Positions 26,777 through 31,269 of a stretch of 31,269 nt of DNA are shown here, one piece after another. The notes under the pieces were generated by a model. It saw only the letters and a program-made list of their open reading frames with translations, made no database searches and was not told where the DNA came from. The stretch covers positions 1-31,269 of the forward strand of contig JBOFIR010000037.1 of NCBI GenBank assembly GCA_051650265.1, in the 5' to 3' direction. The position numbers and the translations under genes are program-made. The DNA comes from Cellulosilyticaceae bacterium (GTDB lineage: Bacteria > Bacillota > Clostridia > Lachnospirales > Cellulosilyticaceae). Numbering within the stretch: the stretch's first letter is position 1; each line of letters begins with the position of its first letter.

Positions 26777-27004
26777 ATGAGAAAACAGCAAAAATGGCTG
26801 GACTTTGCAAAGGTGCCTGCGTACTCTGAATTGGGGCAGGTAATCGCTCAGTACAACTATATGGGTACCCGTGGGGAAAGCTATTCTTGGCTCATGCGTA
26901 TACTTCCTCCAAGTTATCGTATGTTTCAACCGCCTGCGGTACTTTATGATAGTATGATTTTTGTAGCAAATGCGAGCCCGACGCAAATAATCACACAAAA
27001 ATAG
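26777..27004 (+). CDS. Hypothetical protein (75 aa)
   Basis: ATG 26777 is 9 nt after AAAGGAAAG. No recognisable motif. Followed by a terminator hairpin. Confidence 0.35.
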   Translation: MRKQQKWLDFAKVPAYSELGQVIAQYNYMGTRGESYSWLMRILPPSYRMFQPPAVLYDSMIFVANASPTQIITQK

Positions 27005-27007
27005 AGG

Positions 27008-27047
27008 AAGAACCCATGGATCACAGCCTTGGGTTCTTTCTTTGTGT
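27008..27047 (+). terminator. Rho-independent terminator
   Basis: aagaaccca / tgggttctt 9-bp stem, 13-nt loop, tctttctttg tail. Confidence 0.4.
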
Positions 27048-27140
27048 GCAAAACCTCTAAAAGTAATGGGTAAAATTGGACAAAAATGATAATTCTTTTC
27101 GAATGAATACTTAAAAATAGATAAATAATAAATAGTATGG

Positions 27141-27211
27141 TGAATGAAAATGAATGAATCTGACTAGAAATGAATAAATAGTGACCGAAAATGATTGAAA
27201 ATGACTGAATG
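27141..27211 (+). promoter_or_regulatory. Array of ~7 direct repeats at 10-bp phasing upstream of fruR (candidate DeoR/FruR operator)
   Basis: tgaatgaaaa | tgaatgaatc | tgactagaaa | tgaataaata | gtgaccgaaaa | tgattgaaaa | tgactgaatg. Lies 34-104 nt upstream of the fruR ATG. Confidence 0.4.
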
Positions 27212-27244
27212 TGCGTGTAGAATAGAGATAAGGAAGTGATAACC

Positions 27245-27997
27245 ATGTTAACAGAAGAAAGACAACAATTGATTTTGCAAAGGCTGAGACAACAAGGCAG
27301 TGTCAGCGTTGGTGAACTAGTGGAGTTGTTTGAGACGTCAGAGTCTACAATCAGGAGGGACTTGACTGCTTTAGGTGAAAAAGGACAACTCAAAAAAATA
27401 CATGGTGGCGCTATGCTCAGTGAGGGGGTTGCCTCTCATGTAGAGTATCGCATGGATCATAAGCAGGGGATGAATCCCGCCCAGAAGGAGCGCATTGCAA
27501 GACATGCAGCAAAGTTTATTCGGGATGGGGATGTGATTTATCTCGATGCAGGAACAACAACAGAACTTATGATTGAGTATATCAATGCAGATAATTTGAT
27601 TGCGGTGACCAATGGTATTGGTCATGTGACAAAACTTCTCCGTAAGGGGATTCAGACAATCATTATAGGTGGGCAGGTAAAGGCTACTACAGAGGCAATC
27701 GTAGGTGTTGGTGCAATAGGGGACCTAGATAAGTATCAGTTTACTAAAGGTTTCTTTGGTGCCAATGGTGTAGGTAGCCAAGGGTATACGACACCTGATA
27801 TGGAAGAGGCTATGGTCAAGGAAAAAGCCATGCAGCACTGCAATGAAGCCTATGTGTTAGCAGATAGTAGCAAGATTGGTAAAGTGAGTTTTGTACGCTT
27901 TGCTCAGATTGATGAAGCGACACTCATTACCAATGATAAAGTGGATAAGAAATTACATGAAAAGACAATGATAATAGAGGTGGACAGCAATGATTAG
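27245..27997 (+). CDS. fruR: DeoR-family transcriptional repressor of the fructose operon
   Basis: N-terminal HTH (LILQRLRQQGSVSVGELVELFETSESTIRRDL), C-terminal DeoR sugar-phosphate-binding domain. First gene of the fruR-fruK-fruA arrangement. ATG 27245 is 7 nt after AAGGAAG (track start GTG 27236). Confidence 0.8.
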   Translation: MLTEERQQLILQRLRQQGSVSVGELVELFETSESTIRRDLTALGEKGQLKKIHGGAMLSEGVASHVEYRMDHKQGMNPAQKERIARHAAKFIRDGDVIYLDAGTTTELMIEYINADNLIAVTNGIGHVTKLLRKGIQTIIIGGQVKATTEAIVGVGAIGDLDKYQFTKGFFGANGVGSQGYTTPDMEEAMVKEKAMQHCNEAYVLADSSKIGKVSFVRFAQIDEATLITNDKVDKKLHEKTMIIEVDSND

Positions 27998-28898
27998 TAC
28001 AGTAACTTTAAATCCGTCTATTGATTACCTAGTGAAGGTCGATCATTTTAAAGTGGATGCAGTCAATCGCACACAAGAGGAGCAGATGTTTCCTGGTGGT
28101 AAGGGAATCAATGTATCGATTGTACTGAGTAACTTAGGGATTCCAAATAAGGCACTAGGATTTATCGCAGGATTTACAGGCGTTGAAATCACAAGAATGG
28201 TAGAAGCATCTGGGGTATCAAGTGAGTTTATCCAGTTAGAAAAAGGCTTATCACGTATCAATGTCAAACTCAAAAGTGATGAGGAGACAGAGATTAATGG
28301 CAATGGCCCAGAAATTACAAGTGAGCATATTTGTGCGCTTTATGCACAAATTGAAGCATTGACATCAGGTGATGTATTGGTACTTGCAGGAAGTATTCCA
28401 AGCACAGTGCCAAGTGATATCTATCAGCAGATTATGCATGATTTTGCACACAAGAACTTACGTATCGTAGTGGATGCAACAAAGGATCTTCTGATGAATG
28501 TATTGCCTCTTGGCCCATTCCTTATCAAGCCAAATCATCATGAACTTGGAGAACTCTTTGGGGTGACGATCAAGGATCAAGATGAGGTGGTGACCTATGC
28601 CAAGAAGCTTCAAGAAAAAGGTGCAAGAAATGTACTTGTTTCTATGGCTGGTGATGGTGCGGTATTGGTAACAGAAGATGGGCAGGTTATGAAACATACA
28701 GGTCTGAAAGGTCAAGTGAAAAACTCAGTCGGTGCAGGTGACTCTATGGTTGCAGGTTTTGTTGCAGGTTATGTACAGACTGAGAAATTTGAAGAAGCTT
28801 TCAAGATGGGGATTGCGGCAGGAAGCGCATCTGCGTTCTCTGTAGAACTCGCAACGAGAATAGAGGTGGAGGCGCTTCTAGGACAACTTTCAATATAA
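27990..28898 (+). CDS. fruK: 1-phosphofructokinase (PfkB family)
   Basis: MISTVTLNPSIDY N-terminus, GAGDSMVAGF (ATP-site GAGD motif of PfkB ribokinase-like kinases). Overlaps the fruR stop by 8 nt. Context is between fruR and fruA. Confidence 0.85.
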   Translation: MISTVTLNPSIDYLVKVDHFKVDAVNRTQEEQMFPGGKGINVSIVLSNLGIPNKALGFIAGFTGVEITRMVEASGVSSEFIQLEKGLSRINVKLKSDEETEINGNGPEITSEHICALYAQIEALTSGDVLVLAGSIPSTVPSDIYQQIMHDFAHKNLRIVVDATKDLLMNVLPLGPFLIKPNHHELGELFGVTIKDQDEVVTYAKKLQEKGARNVLVSMAGDGAVLVTEDGQVMKHTGLKGQVKNSVGAGDSMVAGFVAGYVQTEKFEEAFKMGIAAGSASAFSVELATRIEVEALLGQLSI

Positions 28899-28931
28899 AA
28901 GAGGACCAAAGACAGCAAAGGAGATGACAGC

Positions 28932-30821
28932 ATGAGAATTGTAGATTTAATCAAACAAAGTGGCATGAATCTTGCCTTCGAAGCGACAAGCAAGAATGAT
29001 GCGGTAGACAAGCTCGTAAACCTAATGAACGCTACAGGTGCACTTGCAGATAAGGAAGGCTACAAAACGGCAATACTTACAAGAGAAGATCAAGGAAGTA
29101 CAGGTATTGGGGATGGGATTGCTATTCCACATGCCAAGACAGCAGCGGTCAAAGTACCAGCGCTTGCAGTTGCAAGAAGTGTAGAGGGTGTAGAATATGA
29201 TAGCTTGGACGGCGCGCCAGCGAAGCTCTTCTTTATGATTGCAGCACCAGCAGGTGGTGAGAATGTGCATCTTGATGTGCTTTCAAGATTGTCAACAATT
29301 CTGATGGATGAAAATTTCATTGCAGATTTGATGAAAGAGCCAACAAAAGAAGCTTTTCTTACGTGTATTGATGCCAAGGAACGTGAAAAGTTCCCTGTAG
29401 AAGAAGCTGAGGTGCCTACGCAGGCAAAATCTGAAGGCTATACAGTGCTTGCAGTGACAGCATGTCCAACAGGGATCGCACATACTTATATGGCAGCAGA
29501 AAGTCTTCAAAACAAGGCAAAGGATAAAGGAATTGCACTTAAAGTAGAAACTAACGGGTCAACAGGTGCCAAAAATGCGCTGACACAAGCAGAAATTGAT
29601 GGGGCGACATGTATTATTGTAGCAGCAGATAAGAAGATAGAGATGGCACGTTTTGACGGCAAGAAAGTGATTATTACCAAAGTTGCTAATGGGATTCATA
29701 AGGCAGATGAGCTTCTTGAGCGTGCAGTAGCAGCAGATGCTCCTGTTTACCATCACCAAGGTGAAGGGAAGGCCACGGCGCATGAAGCGGAGCAAGAGAG
29801 CTTTGGTAGACAAATCTACAAGCATCTGATGAATGGCGTATCTCACATGTTACCATTTGTAATTGGTGGGGGATTACTCATTGCACTGGCATTCTTATTT
29901 GATGACTATGCCATCAATCCAGCCAACTTTGGATCTAATACACCATTTGCAGCATTCCTCAAGAGTGTAGGTGATACCGCATTTGGCTTTATGCTACCAG
30001 TATTAGCAGGTTATATTGCCATGAGTATTGGTGAAAGACCTGCGTTAGCAGTTGGTTTCGTAGGTGGTATGTTGGCAAATACAGGAGGTGCAGGATTCTT
30101 AGGTGCACTCTTAGCAGGTTTCATTGCAGGTTATTTAGTGAAAGGGCTTGGTAAAGTTTTTGGTTACTTACCACAGTCATTAGAAGGCATCAAGCCAACA
30201 TTACTTTATCCTTTGTTTGGAACACTCCTTATTGGAGCGATCATGATGTTTGCTGTGAACCCACCTGTAGCGGCGGCAAATGCAGCTATTACAAACTTCT
30301 TAAATAGCATGGGAACAACAAGTCAGGTGTTGTTAGGAATCGTTGTAGCGGCGATGATGGCGATTGATATGGGTGGCCCAATCAACAAAGCAGCTTATGT
30401 ATTTGGTGTAGCTTCACTAGAGTCAGGCAACTTTGCCATTATGGCAGCGGTAATGGCTGGTGGTATGGTACCACCTCTTGCAATTGCCCTTGCGACAACA
30501 ATCTTTAGAAGTAAGTTCTCTAAGAAAGACAAAGATGCAGGTCTTACAAACTACATCATGGGGCTCTCTTTCATCACAGAAGGCGCCATTCCTTTTGCAG
30601 CAGCTGATCCACTTCGTGTGATTCCATCAGCAGTAGTAGGAGCTGGTGTTGCAGGTGCACTTACTATGATGTTTGGGTGTGCACTACGTGCACCACATGG
30701 TGGGGTATTTGTACTACCGGTTATAGAAAACCCATTTGGCTATGTGATTGCAGTTGTTGCAGGTGCACTTGTAGGTGCTATCATGCTAGGACTACTCAAG
30801 AAACCACTGGACGAAAAATAG
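28932..30821 (+). CDS. fruA: PTS fructose-specific EIIABC component
   Basis: IIA domain (GIAIPHAK phospho-His region), IIB (CPTGIAHTYMAAE phospho-Cys motif), then a C-terminal multi-TM IIC domain. 629 aa. Confidence 0.85.
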   Translation: MRIVDLIKQSGMNLAFEATSKNDAVDKLVNLMNATGALADKEGYKTAILTREDQGSTGIGDGIAIPHAKTAAVKVPALAVARSVEGVEYDSLDGAPAKLFFMIAAPAGGENVHLDVLSRLSTILMDENFIADLMKEPTKEAFLTCIDAKEREKFPVEEAEVPTQAKSEGYTVLAVTACPTGIAHTYMAAESLQNKAKDKGIALKVETNGSTGAKNALTQAEIDGATCIIVAADKKIEMARFDGKKVIITKVANGIHKADELLERAVAADAPVYHHQGEGKATAHEAEQESFGRQIYKHLMNGVSHMLPFVIGGGLLIALAFLFDDYAINPANFGSNTPFAAFLKSVGDTAFGFMLPVLAGYIAMSIGERPALAVGFVGGMLANTGGAGFLGALLAGFIAGYLVKGLGKVFGYLPQSLEGIKPTLLYPLFGTLLIGAIMMFAVNPPVAAANAAITNFLNSMGTTSQVLLGIVVAAMMAIDMGGPINKAAYVFGVASLESGNFAIMAAVMAGGMVPPLAIALATTIFRSKFSKKDKDAGLTNYIMGLSFITEGAIPFAAADPLRVIPSAVVGAGVAGALTMMFGCALRAPHGGVFVLPVIENPFGYVIAVVAGALVGAIMLGLLKKPLDEK

Positions 30822-30830
30822 ATAAACGAT

Positions 30831-30880
30831 AAAAAAGCGATGTTACAACGCTCATAGAGGGCTGTAACATCGCTTTTTTA
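30831..30880 (+). terminator. Rho-independent terminator of the fru operon
   Basis: Perfect 17-bp arms aaaaaagcgatgttaca / tgtaacatcgctttttt, with T-run. Confidence 0.75.
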
Positions 30881-31003
30881 TGGCACTTTTAAATAAGACA
30901 AGGCATATGATAGAGTAAACATCTTTTATAAGTTAAAGGTGTAGTTAGGATTAAGTTGAAGAGAAAGTGTCATAAATAAAGTGGTGAATAACGGGGGATT
31001 GCT

Positions 31004-31269
31004 ATGAAAGTTGTTATTAAGAGTAAATTCAATGTACCGTATACACAGTTTAATAATCCATTTGTTGAGAAGAGACTTACAAAAGACTGGATAGCTTATC
31101 GCTTATCTATCTTTATGAAATATACTTACGCAAGTCTAGTAAGGCAGTACAACCAAGCGTTTAAGGCGTTTATTCAATATGATCCTGTAAGTGAAAGGTT
31201 ACTGAGGGAAGAACTGGAAAAGTATCCGAAACTGAATGATAATATTATATTTACCCCAGACTTTGATCA
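31004..31269 (+). CDS. Hypothetical protein, 3' partial (possible rhamnosyltransferase-like N-terminus)
   Basis: ATG 31004 with ACGGGGGA RBS. Open to the window end. KFNVPYTQFNNPFVEKRLTKDWIAYRLSIF weakly resembles the RFN-x...W-x-x-R-x-x-LF start of putative rhamnosyl transferases. Low certainty. Confidence 0.35.
   Translation, partial: MKVVIKSKFNVPYTQFNNPFVEKRLTKDWIAYRLSIFMKYTYASLVRQYNQAFKAFIQYDPVSERLLREELEKYPKLNDNIIFTPDFD

Noticed and set aside
27190-27230. A cre (CcpA) site or a clean -35/-10 promoter for the fru operon
   Set aside because: TAGAAT at ~27217 could be a -10, but I could not find a convincing -35 or a WTGNAANCGNWNNCW cre match. Left uncalled rather than forced.
1-31269. CRISPR arrays, IS elements/transposases, integrases, prophage or tRNA/rRNA genes
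   Set aside because: No spacer-interleaved repeat arrays, no DDE/serine/tyrosine recombinase-like ORFs, and no tRNA-like or rRNA-like sequence seen. The only tandem repeat array (27141-27211) has 10-bp units with no spacers and sits in a promoter leader.

Overview
This window reads as low-GC Firmicutes (Clostridia-type) chromosome: about 42% GC by eye, AAGGAGG-type RBSs, and a SCIFF peptide, which is essentially Clostridia-restricted. I found no rRNA, tRNA, CRISPR array, transposase or integrase. Four things deserve follow-up.

- **Glycyl-radical-enzyme operon (1343-6808, + strand).** Four tightly packed genes: a URO-D/MtaA-fold protein, a Cys-type sulfatase, a PFL2-class glycyl-radical activase, and a 730-aa glycyl radical enzyme.
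  - The sulfatase is split by a 1-nt deletion in a CCC run.
  - Its 3' end overlaps the activase start by about 53 nt.
  - The enzyme has the expected architecture (radical Gly710, candidate thiyl Cys366) but non-canonical motifs: RMWGV instead of RV(S/A)GY, and DVCQD instead of GCVE.
  - I consider this the most likely undescribed system in the window. I cannot assign a substrate from sequence.
- **Missed SCIFF gene (22460-24038).** A 45-codon six-cysteine ranthipeptide precursor at 22460-22597 is absent from the ORF track (too short).
  - It has a near-consensus promoter and a hairpin before its radical SAM/SPASM maturase (22683-24038).
  - secDF follows immediately downstream.
- **c-di-GMP signalling cluster.** A GAF/HD-GYP phosphodiesterase and an intact GGDEF-EAL sensor flank a long flotillin-like SPFH protein.
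- **Phased repeats in the fru leader.** The fruR-fruK-fruA operon is preceded by seven TGAATGAAAA-like units at 10-bp spacing.

Other genes: an FtsX-like permease (5' partial), a class I/II aminotransferase, DegV, TPR and PQQ-propeller proteins, a 2H phosphoesterase, a CxxCxxCC cysteine-cluster protein, an M42 peptidase, a beta-lactamase-fold protein that appears to lack the nucleophile serine, a PHP phosphoesterase, an XRE regulator with a small unknown ORF, and a 3'-partial rhamnosyltransferase-like ORF. Rho-independent terminators sit at most convergent or operon ends.

Caveat: hand-derived coordinates for non-ORF-track elements may be off by 1-2 nt.
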